NCBI GenBank assembly: GCA_965199855.1
Contig: OZ241326.1
Location: 2,272,001 to 2,336,000 of the forward strand
Direction: 5' to 3'
DNA length: 64,000 bases
Source of the DNA: a bacterium
Lineage (GTDB): Bacteria > UBA8248
The first letter of the stretch is position 1. Each line of letters begins with the position of its first letter. The notes beneath the pieces were generated by a model, which worked only from the letters and a program-made list of their open reading frames with translations, was not told where the DNA came from and did not search any database. Of the stretch, positions 9,345-19,280 are shown one piece after another. The position numbers were made by a program, and so were the translations under genes.

Positions 9345-9382
9345 GGAATTCCCGCGCCGCGGGCGCGAACGCGGAAGAAATC

Positions 9383-9421
9383 CCCCGGGGAGGAGACGCG
9401 GAGGCGCCCTCCTCCCCGGGG
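9383..9421 (+). promoter_or_regulatory. Intercistronic stem-loop after the binding-protein gene (mRNA stabiliser / partial terminator)
   Basis: Perfect 13-bp stem CCCCGGGGAGGAG/CTCCTCCCCGGGG. Confidence 0.6.
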
Positions 9422-9483
9422 TTCCCTCGCGCTTCTTTCCCCTGAACCGGGGGCTGAACCGCCCATGCCGAGGTAAGGACGCG

Positions 9484-11955
9484 ATGCTCCGGAATCTCCT
9501 CCCCATCCTGATGAAGATCGGCCTCATCTCGGACGAAATGATCAGGCCCCGCGATCTGCGGGGCTTCTCGCGCGCGGTCGTCTCCGTCATATCGGTGGCG
9601 TTCTCCTACTTTTTCGTGCACATCTCCTACTTCGGCCCGCCGCGCTCGGAAATCTTCAAGGGCGTCTATATTCTGGCGACCGCCGCGCTGTGCATCCTCG
9701 TCTATAAAAGCCGGCAGCGGCCCGTCCGCGAGGGCTTCGCCTGGCTGGACGAAATCTTCTCGCTCCTCGCCCTCGCCGCCCTGTGCGCGTCGCTCGCCCT
9801 GTGGCTCTACTGGGCCGCCTTCCACCGGGGCGGGCTGTGGAGCGAGTTCATGGTCGGGGCGGCGTGGCCCGTCGCCCTGGGCGGCGGGCTGTTCGGCGTC
9901 TTCCTGTATCGCCGCGAGGCCGCGCGGGAGCGCGTCCCGGAGCTCCCGACGCTCGCCGACTGGCTGTTCATCGCCGCCGCCGTCGCCCCCATCATCTGGT
10001 GGAACATCTACAACATCGAGCTCACCACGCGCATCGGCGGCCCCGTGCCCGCCTCGGTGGTCATCTACACCGCCCTGCTCACGGCGGTGAGCTTCGACGT
10101 CGCGCGGCGGGTCATCGGCCCCGTCATCCCCTTCATCGGCTTCCTGTTTCTCATCTACACCTTCCGGCCCGTCGCGCAGATCTCGCCGGGCCTCCTGTTC
10201 CACGACGGCTTCGGGCTCGACCGCGTGGCCGAGTTCCTCATGCTCGAGGCCGACGGCATCACCGGCCTCATCGTCGAGGTGTTCGCCACCTACATCGTCA
10301 TCTTCGTGGTGCTCGGCGCCTTTCTGGAGAAGACGGGCCTCGGCGAGTTCCTCATCGACGCCACCTACCGGCTCACGGGGCAGAAGACGGGCGGCCCCGG
10401 CCTCACGGCCGTCATGTCGAGCGGGCTGTTCGGCATGATATCGGGCAGCGGCGTGGCCAACGTGGTGACGACGGGAACCTTCACCATCCCGCTCATGAAG
10501 CGGGTGGGCTACCGCTCCGAGTTCGCCGGCGCGGTCGAGGCGGCCGCCTCCACGGGCGGCGCCTACATGCCGCCCATCATGGCGGGCGCCGCCTTCCTCG
10601 TCGCGCAGCTCACCGAAACGCCCTATTTCGAGATCGTCAAAATCGCGACGCTGCCCGCCATCCTCTACTATCTCTCCGTGGGCTACATGGTCTATATCCG
10701 CGCCGTGCGGCGCGGGCTTCACGGCGTGCCCGCCTCGGAGCTGCCGCCGTGGAGCAAAATCGTCCCGCGCCTCCACTTCCTGCTGCCGATTCCGGTGATG
10801 GTGTATTACCTCGTCATCGGAGACTCCGCCTTCCTGGCGGCCTTCAAGACCATCTGCATCATCGTCATGCTGAAGTCCTGCGAACTGCTCTCGGCCTTCA
10901 AAACCCCGACGGCGGAGAAGACGGCGCGCCCGTTCCTGCTCATCTCCATCGTCTTCGGCGTCTTCTCCTATTACTTCGGGCTGAAGGTCGGCGCGCCCTT
11001 CTCCTGGTTCGCGGACACGCTGCGCGGGATGAACTGGGGAGACGGCCTGATGTGGACGATAGCCGCCTTCCTCCTCCTGAAGCTCGGCGAAATCCTCACG
11101 GCCGCCCTCCAAAGCGGCTCCTCCGCCGGCCCCGAATACGAAACGGGGCCCATCCTCTTCACGCGGCTGCGCGAATTCGTCCTCGAAATCATCAGAATCA
11201 CCTGGGTCTCCCTGGAGGCCGGCGCGAGAAACACCCTCGTCATCGGCTGCATCGCCTGCGTTCTGGGCATCCTTCTTTCCTGCGCGACGCAGAGCGACCT
11301 GTCCGGGCGCATCTCCATCCTGCTGACGGAGTTCAGCTTCGGGCTTCTGCCGCTCACCATCATCTGGGTGATCATCGCCGGCTACATCGTCGGCATGGGC
11401 CTGCCCATCACGGCGAGCTACGTGGTGCTGGTCATCTTCGGCGTCATCGCGCTCACCAACCTGGGGATTCCCACGGTGCACGCCCACCTCATCTGCTACT
11501 GGGTGGCCGTCGTGAGCGCGGTGACCCCTCCGGTCGCCCTGGCGGCCTACGCGGCGAGCGCCATCGCCGTCTCCGACCCGGTGAAGACCGGCTTTCAGGC
11601 GCTCAAGCTCGCCTCCTGGCTCTTCATCATGCCGTTTCTGTTCGTCTATACCCCGCTGCTCCTGAACGGCACGCCGACCGAGGTGGCCATCACCTTCGGG
11701 GCGTGCCTCGTCGGCATCGTCGGCTGGGCCGGGTGGATGGAGAATTTCATGACGCGCCCCGCCAACGGCGTCGAGCGCGCGCTGATGTTCGTGAGTTCGG
11801 TGTGCCTGCTCCTGCCCGTGGGAAATTTCGTGGTGTTCATCACCCCGATGGAGGGAGACCTGAGGTACGCCTCATACGCCGTCGGGCTGCTCGCCATCGC
11901 GGCGGCGCTCGTCATGCAGAGAACCCGCGCGGGCGGAAGCCCGCGCGCCGCCTGA
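9484..11955 (+). CDS. TRAP transporter fused 4TM/12TM permease
   Basis: GMISGSGVANVVTTGTFTIPLMK, EAAASTGG, GMGLP, TPPVALAAYA. Confidence 0.95.
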   Translation: MLRNLLPILMKIGLISDEMIRPRDLRGFSRAVVSVISVAFSYFFVHISYFGPPRSEIFKGVYILATAALCILVYKSRQRPVREGFAWLDEIFSLLALAALCASLALWLYWAAFHRGGLWSEFMVGAAWPVALGGGLFGVFLYRREAARERVPELPTLADWLFIAAAVAPIIWWNIYNIELTTRIGGPVPASVVIYTALLTAVSFDVARRVIGPVIPFIGFLFLIYTFRPVAQISPGLLFHDGFGLDRVAEFLMLEADGITGLIVEVFATYIVIFVVLGAFLEKTGLGEFLIDATYRLTGQKTGGPGLTAVMSSGLFGMISGSGVANVVTTGTFTIPLMKRVGYRSEFAGAVEAAASTGGAYMPPIMAGAAFLVAQLTETPYFEIVKIATLPAILYYLSVGYMVYIRAVRRGLHGVPASELPPWSKIVPRLHFLLPIPVMVYYLVIGDSAFLAAFKTICIIVMLKSCELLSAFKTPTAEKTARPFLLISIVFGVFSYYFGLKVGAPFSWFADTLRGMNWGDGLMWTIAAFLLLKLGEILTAALQSGSSAGPEYETGPILFTRLREFVLEIIRITWVSLEAGARNTLVIGCIACVLGILLSCATQSDLSGRISILLTEFSFGLLPLTIIWVIIAGYIVGMGLPITASYVVLVIFGVIALTNLGIPTVHAHLICYWVAVVSAVTPPVALAAYAASAIAVSDPVKTGFQALKLASWLFIMPFLFVYTPLLLNGTPTEVAITFGACLVGIVGWAGWMENFMTRPANGVERALMFVSSVCLLLPVGNFVVFITPMEGDLRYASYAVGLLAIAAALVMQRTRAGGSPRAA

Positions 11956-11982
11956 TTCATCCATCCCCCGAAAGGAGGCGAG

Positions 11983-12612
11983 ATGAGCGGCGCTCCTCCC
12001 CTCAGGCGCGTCCAGCACGTGGGTCTGAAAGTCCACGACCTCGACGAGGCGGTGAATTTCTACGGCGGCGTCATGGGGCTCACCATCTCGGATCGCTACG
12101 AGCCGGGCGACAACCCCCACAATCCCTGGGGCATCTGCTTCATGCGCTGCGGCGAGGGGCATCACGAAATATCCCTCATCGCGTATCCCGAAGAAGCCGG
12201 CCTCTCGCCGAAGGAGGGCGGCATGAGAAAGCCCGAGGTCGGCCTCCACCACGTCGCCTTCGAGGTGGACTCCAGGGAGGAGCTGGAAGCCTGGGCGGCC
12301 CACGTCCGCTCGCGGGGAATCGACATCGCGGCGGGGCCGCTCGTCCACAGCCCGACGCACCCCGAGGGGGACGGCACCCTGGGCGAGAACCGCGCCTTTT
12401 ACTTTCACGACCCCTCCGGAAACGGAATCGAGATTTTCTGCGACATGGCGCGGATGGACGCGGGCGCGAACCGGGTGAGCGAGGAATGGCATCGGGCGCG
12501 CCTGGAGCGGGACGGATACGCGCGCGACGCCGCGGACCCGCCCCCCGCGTGGCGGCCCGGCGTCTCCAGCATGGCGGGGGCGAAGGAGAAATTCGGCCGG
12601 CCCTCCTCCTGA
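11983..12612 (+). CDS. VOC family protein (glyoxalase / extradiol dioxygenase-like)
   Basis: HVGLKV, HHEISL, LHHVAF, YFHDPSGNGIE. Confidence 0.88.
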   Translation: MSGAPPLRRVQHVGLKVHDLDEAVNFYGGVMGLTISDRYEPGDNPHNPWGICFMRCGEGHHEISLIAYPEEAGLSPKEGGMRKPEVGLHHVAFEVDSREELEAWAAHVRSRGIDIAAGPLVHSPTHPEGDGTLGENRAFYFHDPSGNGIEIFCDMARMDAGANRVSEEWHRARLERDGYARDAADPPPAWRPGVSSMAGAKEKFGRPSS

Positions 12613-12640
12613 CGCCCGAGACCGAGAGAGAAAGCGCAAA

Positions 12641-13597
12641 ATGCCGCATCGCGTCGTAAGCGTGGACGAGCGCAGCAGAACGCAGCCGGCGCGCCGGGCG
12701 TTCATGGAGGAATACCTGCATGAGGGCTACGAGTTCATCGTGCCGGACTCGTTCGCCGAGGACGCCCTGCTGGAGGAGGCGCGAGGCGCCTGCGCGCTCG
12801 TCACCGGCTTCGCCCCCATCACGCGGAAGCTCATGGAGGCGGGGCCCGGCATCAAGGTCGTCGGCAAGGCGGGCGCCGGCGTGGACAACATCGACCTGGC
12901 GGCCGCCACCGAGCTCGGCATCCCCGTCGCCAACGCCCCCGGCTGGATGCGCTGCGTCCCCGTGGCGGAGCACGCCATGGCGCTCATGCTCATGCTGGCG
13001 CGCAGGCCCCGGCTCTGGCCGACGGGGGAGCGCAGGCTCCACGTTCAGCTTCAGGGGGCGACGCTCGGCGTCGTGGGCCTCGGCAACATCGGCCGGGCGC
13101 TCGCCCGGCGCGCCGCCGGCTTCGAGATGGAAATTCTCGCCCACACGCGCACGCGGGGAAAATTCCGGCCGGAAGGCTTCCGGGTGGAGGAGACGGCGAC
13201 GCTCGAGGAGCTCCTGCCGCGCGCCGACTTCGTGGCGCTCACCCTGCCCCTGACGCCGGAGAGCCGGGGGCTGATCGGCGCGAGGGAGCTCGGGCTGATG
13301 AAGGAGACGGCGCTTCTCGTCAACGTCTCGCGCGGCGCCCACGTGGAGACGGACGCGCTCGTCCGCGCCCTGCGCGAGGGGGGCATAGCCGGCGCGGGAC
13401 TCGACGTCACCGACCCGGAGCCCCTGCCCGGGGATCACCCCCTGCGCCGGCTTCCCGGCGTCGTCCTCTCCCCGCACAACGCCGCCCAGACCGAGAGCGT
13501 CCAGCGCGAGAGCTACAGGCTTTTGTGCGATAATATCAGGCGGGCGGTGGAGGGCGAGAAGGTCACCTCGCTCGCCAACCCCGGGCTCTACGACTGA
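12641..13597 (+). CDS. D-2-hydroxyacid dehydrogenase
   Basis: GVVGLGNIG, NVSRG, DVTDPEP, SPHNA (Arg/Glu/His triad). Confidence 0.92.
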   Translation: MPHRVVSVDERSRTQPARRAFMEEYLHEGYEFIVPDSFAEDALLEEARGACALVTGFAPITRKLMEAGPGIKVVGKAGAGVDNIDLAAATELGIPVANAPGWMRCVPVAEHAMALMLMLARRPRLWPTGERRLHVQLQGATLGVVGLGNIGRALARRAAGFEMEILAHTRTRGKFRPEGFRVEETATLEELLPRADFVALTLPLTPESRGLIGARELGLMKETALLVNVSRGAHVETDALVRALREGGIAGAGLDVTDPEPLPGDHPLRRLPGVVLSPHNAAQTESVQRESYRLLCDNIRRAVEGEKVTSLANPGLYD

Positions 13598-13623
13598 AGC
13601 GCGCCCGCGAAGGAGGACCCCTC

Positions 13624-14760
13624 ATGGAGGATGCGCCCGTTCGGGGTCTCGAAGGCGTAGTAGCCGCCGATACGCGGATATGCGATCTGGACGGCGTGAA
13701 CGGCGCGCTGGCCTATCGCGGCTACGACGCGCCGGAAATGGCGCGCGAAGGGGCGACGTTCGAGGAAATCGCCCATCTCCTGTGGCGCGGCGAGCTGCCG
13801 GACCGGGAGCAGTTCAAGGCGTTCGACGCGCAGCTCAAGGCCGAGCGCGCGCTCTCGCCGGAGCTCCTGCGCGCTCTCGGACGGATGCCCCCCGGCAGGC
13901 AGCGGACGGCGGCGCTGCGGGCGGGCGTCGGCGCGATGGGGCTTTTCGACCCCGAGGCGGAGGACGACGCGCCGGAGGCGAACCTCAGAAAAGCGATGCG
14001 CCTCACCGCGAAAATGCCCACCCTCATCGCCGCCCAGCACAGGCTGGCGGCGGGCCTCAGGCCCTTAAGTCCCCGCAGGGGACTCGGCCACGCGGCGAAC
14101 TTCCTCTACATGATCACCGGCGAGGCGCCCGACGGGGAGGACGCCCGCGCGCTCGACGCCTCCCTCGTCCTCTACGCCGAGCACGAGATCAACGCCTCCA
14201 CCTTCGCGGCGCGGGTCGCCGCATCCACGATGTCGGACATCTACTCCGCCGTCACGGCGGGCGTCTGCGCCCTGAAGGGCCCGCTGCACGGGGGCGCCGG
14301 CCTGGCGGTGATGGAGACGCTGCGCGAGATCGGCGAAGTCGAGAACGTGGAGCCCTTCGTGGAGGCGGCGCTCGCGCGAAAGAGGCTGTTCATGGGGTTC
14401 GGCCACCGCGTCTATGCGAAGAGCGGAGACCCGCGCGCGGGCGTCCTCGCCGCGCTGGCCGAGGAGGTGTGCCGCCGCCCCGGCCGGGAGAGCAAGTGGT
14501 TCGAGATGGCGAAGGCGCTCGACCGCGCGGTGGGCAGCCGAAAGGGCGTCATCCCCAACGTGGACTTCTACTCCGCTCCCCTCTGGCAGGGGCTGGGGAT
14601 TCCCATGGAGCTCTTCGTCCCCGTCATCGCCATGTCGAGGGTCGCCGGCTGGACGGCCAACGTTCTGGAGCAGAAGGCCGACAACCGCCTCATCCGCCCC
14701 CGCGCGCGCTACGTCGGCGCGGCCAGGCGGCCCTACAGCCCCCTCGGAAGCCGTGGCTGA
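13624..14760 (+). CDS. Citrate / 2-methylcitrate synthase (PrpC-like)
   Basis: GLEGVVA, YAEHEINASTF, PLHGGA, GFGHRVY, PNVDFY. Confidence 0.92.
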   Translation: MEDAPVRGLEGVVAADTRICDLDGVNGALAYRGYDAPEMAREGATFEEIAHLLWRGELPDREQFKAFDAQLKAERALSPELLRALGRMPPGRQRTAALRAGVGAMGLFDPEAEDDAPEANLRKAMRLTAKMPTLIAAQHRLAAGLRPLSPRRGLGHAANFLYMITGEAPDGEDARALDASLVLYAEHEINASTFAARVAASTMSDIYSAVTAGVCALKGPLHGGAGLAVMETLREIGEVENVEPFVEAALARKRLFMGFGHRVYAKSGDPRAGVLAALAEEVCRRPGRESKWFEMAKALDRAVGSRKGVIPNVDFYSAPLWQGLGIPMELFVPVIAMSRVAGWTANVLEQKADNRLIRPRARYVGAARRPYSPLGSRG

Positions 14761-16723
14761 GCCGGGGGCGCGCAGCCTCGCGCAGAAGCTTCTCGACGCC
14801 CATCTCGTATCGGGGGCGGCGAGGACGCCGGGCGAGGAAATCGAGCTCAGAATCGATCAGGCGCTTCTCCAGGACGCCTCGGGACCCATGGCGTTGCTCC
14901 AGTTCGAGGCCATGGGCTTCGAGAGAGTCCGCCAGAAGACGGCCGTCATGTACGCCGACCACCAGAGCCTCCAGGTTCACAGCCTTCACGCGGAAGCGCA
15001 CCGCTTCATGCTCGCCTTCTGCCGAAAGCGCGGCATCCACTTCTCCAAGCCCGGAAACGGCGTTTGTCACAACGTTCACCTCGAGGAATTCTCGGTTCCG
15101 GGCGAGAGCCTGCTCGGCACCGATTCGCACACCCCGCAGGCGGGCGCGGTGGGGATGCTGGCGCTAGGCGCGGGGGGGCTGGACGTGGCGGCGGCCATGG
15201 CGACGGGCGCGGCGATTCTCCCCCGCCCGCGCGTCGTTGAGGTGAGTCTGTCGGGCAGGCTCGCGCCCTGGTGCGCGGCGAAGGACGTGGGGCTGGAGCT
15301 CCTCCGGCGCCTGGGCATTCACGGGGGAATCGGCAAGTTTTTTGAATACGCGGGCGCGGGCGTCCGCTCGCTCTCGGCGCCGGAGCGCTTCACCATCGCG
15401 AGCATGGGAACCGAGCTGGGGCTGACGGGCAGCGTGTTCCCGAGCGACGCGCAGACCCGGCTGTTCTACGAGCGCATCGGCCGCCCCGGCGACTGGTCAC
15501 CCCAGGAGGCGGACGCCAACGCCGCCTACGACGAGAAAATGGCGCTCGACCTGGGCGAGGTGCAGCCCCTCGTCGCCCTGCCCTCCAGCCCGGACGGCGT
15601 GGTTCCCGCCGCCGAGGCCGCCGGGACGCCCATTCATCAGGTCGTCATCGGCAGCTGCACGAACGGCTCGTTCACCGACATCGCCTCGTTCGCGCAGGCG
15701 CTCCGGGGCCGCAAGGTGGCGGACGGCGTGGACGCCATTGTCTTCCCGGGCAGCCGGCAGGCGTTCGAGGAGCTCGCCCGGGAGGGGCATCTCGCCGACC
15801 TGCTCGCCGCGGGCGCGTGCGTCTCGGAGTCCACGTGCGGGGCGTGCCCCGGCTACGCCCACGTCCCCGCCCCGGGCATGAACTCCCTGCGCGCGTTCAA
15901 CCGCAACTTCCGCGGACGCTCGGGTCTGAGCGAGGATTCCGTCTATCTCGCCAGCCCCGAGACGGCCGCCGTAGCCGCCCTGCACGGCGAGCTGCGCGAC
16001 CCGAGGAGCGAGGGAAAGCCCCCCGGGGTTCTGCTTCCCTACCGCCTCGCCTCCGACAGGACGGGCATCGTTCCCCCGGCGGAGGATCCGTCCTCCGTGG
16101 AAATTCCCCGGGGGCCGAACATCGGCCCCGTTCCGGTGGGGACGCCCCCGGGCGATTCCTTCGACGGGGAGGTTCTCATCAAGCTCGGCGACGGCGTCTC
16201 CACCGACCACATCAGCCCGGCGGGGGTCGAGGCCATCACCTACCGGACGAACATGCCCGCCCTGGCCGACTTCACGTTCAGGCGCGTGGACCCGGGGTTC
16301 GTCCCGCGCGCCCGAGAGGCGGGCGGCGGCGTCATCGTCGCGGGAGAAACCTACGGACAGGGCTCCGCGCGCGAGCAGGCGGCCATCTGCCCGATGATCC
16401 TGGGGATTCGCGCCGTCATCGCCAAGAGCTTCGCCAGAATCCACCGGGCGAACCTCATCAACTGGGGCGTCCTGCCCCTCTCGTTCCTCGACGAGGCGGA
16501 CTACGACGAAGCGGCGCCCGGGCAGAGGCTCTCCGTCTCCCGTCTGCGGGATTCCCTCGCCGAGGACGCGCTGGAGGTGAGGAACGAGGACGCGGGCCGC
16601 GCCTTCCGCGTCTCCTGCCCGCTGACGGAGCGCGAGCGGCGCGTTCTGCTGGCGGGCGGGGCGCTCGCCCTGGCGCGCGGCGAGGGGGCCGCCGCCTCGA
16701 CCGGGGCGCGGGAGGGCGCGTGA
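14753..16723 (+). CDS. Aconitate hydratase family [4Fe-4S] enzyme (short single-chain type)
   Basis: PGNGVCH, GTDSHT, IGSCTN, CGACPG, FNRNF, STDHISPAG, YGQGSARE; GTG start overlaps upstream stop. Confidence 0.92.
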   Translation: MAEPGARSLAQKLLDAHLVSGAARTPGEEIELRIDQALLQDASGPMALLQFEAMGFERVRQKTAVMYADHQSLQVHSLHAEAHRFMLAFCRKRGIHFSKPGNGVCHNVHLEEFSVPGESLLGTDSHTPQAGAVGMLALGAGGLDVAAAMATGAAILPRPRVVEVSLSGRLAPWCAAKDVGLELLRRLGIHGGIGKFFEYAGAGVRSLSAPERFTIASMGTELGLTGSVFPSDAQTRLFYERIGRPGDWSPQEADANAAYDEKMALDLGEVQPLVALPSSPDGVVPAAEAAGTPIHQVVIGSCTNGSFTDIASFAQALRGRKVADGVDAIVFPGSRQAFEELAREGHLADLLAAGACVSESTCGACPGYAHVPAPGMNSLRAFNRNFRGRSGLSEDSVYLASPETAAVAALHGELRDPRSEGKPPGVLLPYRLASDRTGIVPPAEDPSSVEIPRGPNIGPVPVGTPPGDSFDGEVLIKLGDGVSTDHISPAGVEAITYRTNMPALADFTFRRVDPGFVPRAREAGGGVIVAGETYGQGSAREQAAICPMILGIRAVIAKSFARIHRANLINWGVLPLSFLDEADYDEAAPGQRLSVSRLRDSLAEDALEVRNEDAGRAFRVSCPLTERERRVLLAGGALALARGEGAAASTGAREGA

Positions 16724-16724
16724 C

Positions 16725-17873
16725 GTGAGGCAGAGGAAATACCCGGCCGTATTCATGCGCGGAGGCACGAGCCGCGCCATCTTCTTTCACGAGCGCGACC
16801 TGCCGAAGGCGCGCGCCGAGCGCGACGCCGTCTTCCTCAAGGCGCTGGGCAGTCCCGACCCGAACGGCCGCCAGCTGGACGGGCTGGGGGGCGGCGTCTC
16901 CTCCCTGAGCAAGGTCGCCGTCGTCGCGCTCTCCGAACGCGCGGACGCGGACGTGGACTTCACCTTCGCGCAGGTGGGCGTGCGGGAGAAAATCGTGGAC
17001 TACGCGGGCGCGTGCGGGAACATATCGAGCGCGGTCGGCCCCTTCGCCGTGGACGAGGGGCTGGCGCCCGCGGAGGAGAACGGTGCCGCCCTCGTCCGCG
17101 TCCACAACGCGAACACGGGGAAAATCTTCCACGCCCGCTTCCCGGTGGAGGACGGCGCGGCCGCCGTGGACGGCTCCTGCGAGCTGCCGGGCGTCTCCGG
17201 CGCGGGGGCGCGCATCACGCTCGAATTCATGGACCCGGGAGGCGCAGCCACGGGGAAGCTCCTGCCCTCGGGCGGCCCGGTGGACGTTTTCGATATCGAG
17301 GGGCTGGGAAGCGTGGAAGTCAGCATGGTGGACGCGACCAACCCGATGGCGTTCCTCCGCGCGAAGGACCTGGGGCTGAGCGGCGGAGAAGCCCCCGGCG
17401 CCATCGACGCCCGCGTCGAACTGATGGTGAACCTCGAGCAGATTCGCGCCGAGGCGGCCGTTCGCATGGGCATGGCGCGAAGCAGGCGGGAGGCCTCCGA
17501 GAGCGTCCGCGCGGTGCCGAAAGTCGCCCTCGTCGCGCCGCCGGCGGAATACGTGGACATCAGGGGCGAGGTCGTCCCGGCGGAGGCGTGCGACGTCGTG
17601 AGCCGCGTCGTCTCGATGGGCAAGACCCACCGCGCCTACGCGCTCACGGGGGCGATGTGCCTCGCGGTCGCCGCGCGGATTCCCGGCACCCTCGTTCACG
17701 AGGCAGCCCGGGGCGGGGCGGGCGACATTCGCCTGGGCCATCCCTCCGGCGTCCAGCGGGTGAACGCCCGGGTCTCCGCCTCTCCGCAGGGATGCGAGGC
17801 CGAGAAGGTCGTCGTCTATCGCACGGCGCGGAGGCTCATGGAGGGCCTCGTGTGCGTGCCCGCCGATTCGTGA
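16725..17873 (+). CDS. prpF: PrpF family isomerase (2-methylaconitate cis-trans isomerase-like)
   Basis: MRGGTSR, GSPDPNGRQLDGLGGG..SLSK, CGNI, GHPSG, RTARRLMEG. Confidence 0.92.
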   Translation: MRQRKYPAVFMRGGTSRAIFFHERDLPKARAERDAVFLKALGSPDPNGRQLDGLGGGVSSLSKVAVVALSERADADVDFTFAQVGVREKIVDYAGACGNISSAVGPFAVDEGLAPAEENGAALVRVHNANTGKIFHARFPVEDGAAAVDGSCELPGVSGAGARITLEFMDPGGAATGKLLPSGGPVDVFDIEGLGSVEVSMVDATNPMAFLRAKDLGLSGGEAPGAIDARVELMVNLEQIRAEAAVRMGMARSRREASESVRAVPKVALVAPPAEYVDIRGEVVPAEACDVVSRVVSMGKTHRAYALTGAMCLAVAARIPGTLVHEAARGGAGDIRLGHPSGVQRVNARVSASPQGCEAEKVVVYRTARRLMEGLVCVPADS

Positions 17874-17891
17874 GGCGGGGCGGGGCCGCGC

Positions 17892-18854
17892 CTACGCCTT
17901 TCGCCCGCCCCTCTTCTCTCCCGTCACCAGCCAGACGCCGGCCGCCGTCAGCGCGGCTCCCGCCGCCAGACGCCAGCTCACCCGCTCGCCCAGATACAGG
18001 GCGCTGCCCAGCACGCCGACGATCGGGTTCAGGAACAGGAACACCGACACCCGCGCGGGCGAATACTTCAGGAGCAGGTAGCCCCAGTAGGCCAGCAGAA
18101 GCGCGCTCGAAGCCACGCCCATATAGACGACCGCGAGAATCTGCGCGCCCCCGAAGGAGAGAATCCCGAAGCCGGGATCGGACGAGGCGAGGAGAAAATA
18201 GGCCGGCGCGCCGATGAGCATGGCCCATCGGGAGATGGACACCACGTCCGAGTTCCAGAGGCAGCGGCGGTAGTGAATCGTCTGCGCCGCCCAGAGGACG
18301 GCGGCGAGGAGGATGTAGGAATCCGCCCAGAGCGCGCCGTCCGCCCCGAGGCGGTTCGAGAACACCGTGACAGTTCCTCCCATCGCCAGGGCGAAGCCCG
18401 CCGCCCGCGCCGGGGTGACGCGCTCGCCCGACAGAAACGCCGCGCCCAGCAGCATGACCCAGATCGGCTGCGAATAGAGCAGCACCGAGGCGCGCGCGGC
18501 GGCCGTTCCGAACATCCCCTGATAGAGGAACCAGATATAGACGTTGTGCAGAAGGCCGCTCAGCGCCCGGTGCCCCTTCTCCTTCCAGGCGCTCTTGTGG
18601 GTCGCCCGGTCGGGGGCGCCCAGGAGAAGGCCGTAGATCGTCAGGGTGAGGACGGCCGCGGAGCAGCGCATCCAGATGAGGCCGAAGGGGGTGAGCCCCC
18701 CGTAGGCGCCCTTGATGACGGGCTGCGCCATCCCCCAGATCAGGGTGAGGAGCAGCGAGCCGAACACCAGCTCGAGCGGCGCTCCCGCGGACGGCTGCCG
18801 GACGCCCGGGCGGCCGCTCAACCGGCTTTCCCGGAAGCGCGGGGCCGCCCGCAA
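17892..18854 (-). CDS. DMT/EamA family transporter (true start probably downstream of 18854)
   Basis: IWG, LLYSQP, FLSGER, FLFLNP, LGER; about 10 TM segments. Confidence 0.88.
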   Translation of the reverse strand: MRAAPRFRESRLSGRPGVRQPSAGAPLELVFGSLLLTLIWGMAQPVIKGAYGGLTPFGLIWMRCSAAVLTLTIYGLLLGAPDRATHKSAWKEKGHRALSGLLHNVYIWFLYQGMFGTAAARASVLLYSQPIWVMLLGAAFLSGERVTPARAAGFALAMGGTVTVFSNRLGADGALWADSYILLAAVLWAAQTIHYRRCLWNSDVVSISRWAMLIGAPAYFLLASSDPGFGILSFGGAQILAVVYMGVASSALLLAYWGYLLLKYSPARVSVFLFLNPIVGVLGSALYLGERVSWRLAAGAALTAAGVWLVTGEKRGGRKA

Positions 18855-19280
18855 GTCTCGATGCGGACGTTTTCAGCCCCCCTGACGCGGGCGATCATCC
18901 GACCGCCTCCGCGGGCGCGCCCCTGAAGCCCTCCTCGCGGGAGAGAGGCTCCGGCCCCGGGGCGCGCGCTCCGGGGCGGGAAGTGAACGTGGTCGCATCG
19001 AAATTCCACCCGTGAAGCCCCTTCCGCGATTTTCCGCCTCCCCGCCTCCCGGATCGGCTCCGGGCGAGAATCCCACAGGAAGCGCCGCTTCCACAAACCA
19101 TTTTCCCGGCCGGGCGTGAAGCGCGCCCCACCCGCGACGCCCCTCGCCGCCCGCTTGATTCGCGCGGGGGATGGGGCTAGATTGAAAGCCTCTATCGACG
19201 CCAGCGGCATGAGTGACGCGGAGCATTCCTCCGGACAGGAGCGCGTGAACTTTTCACCCTTCGACAGGAAAGGCGCCTAC

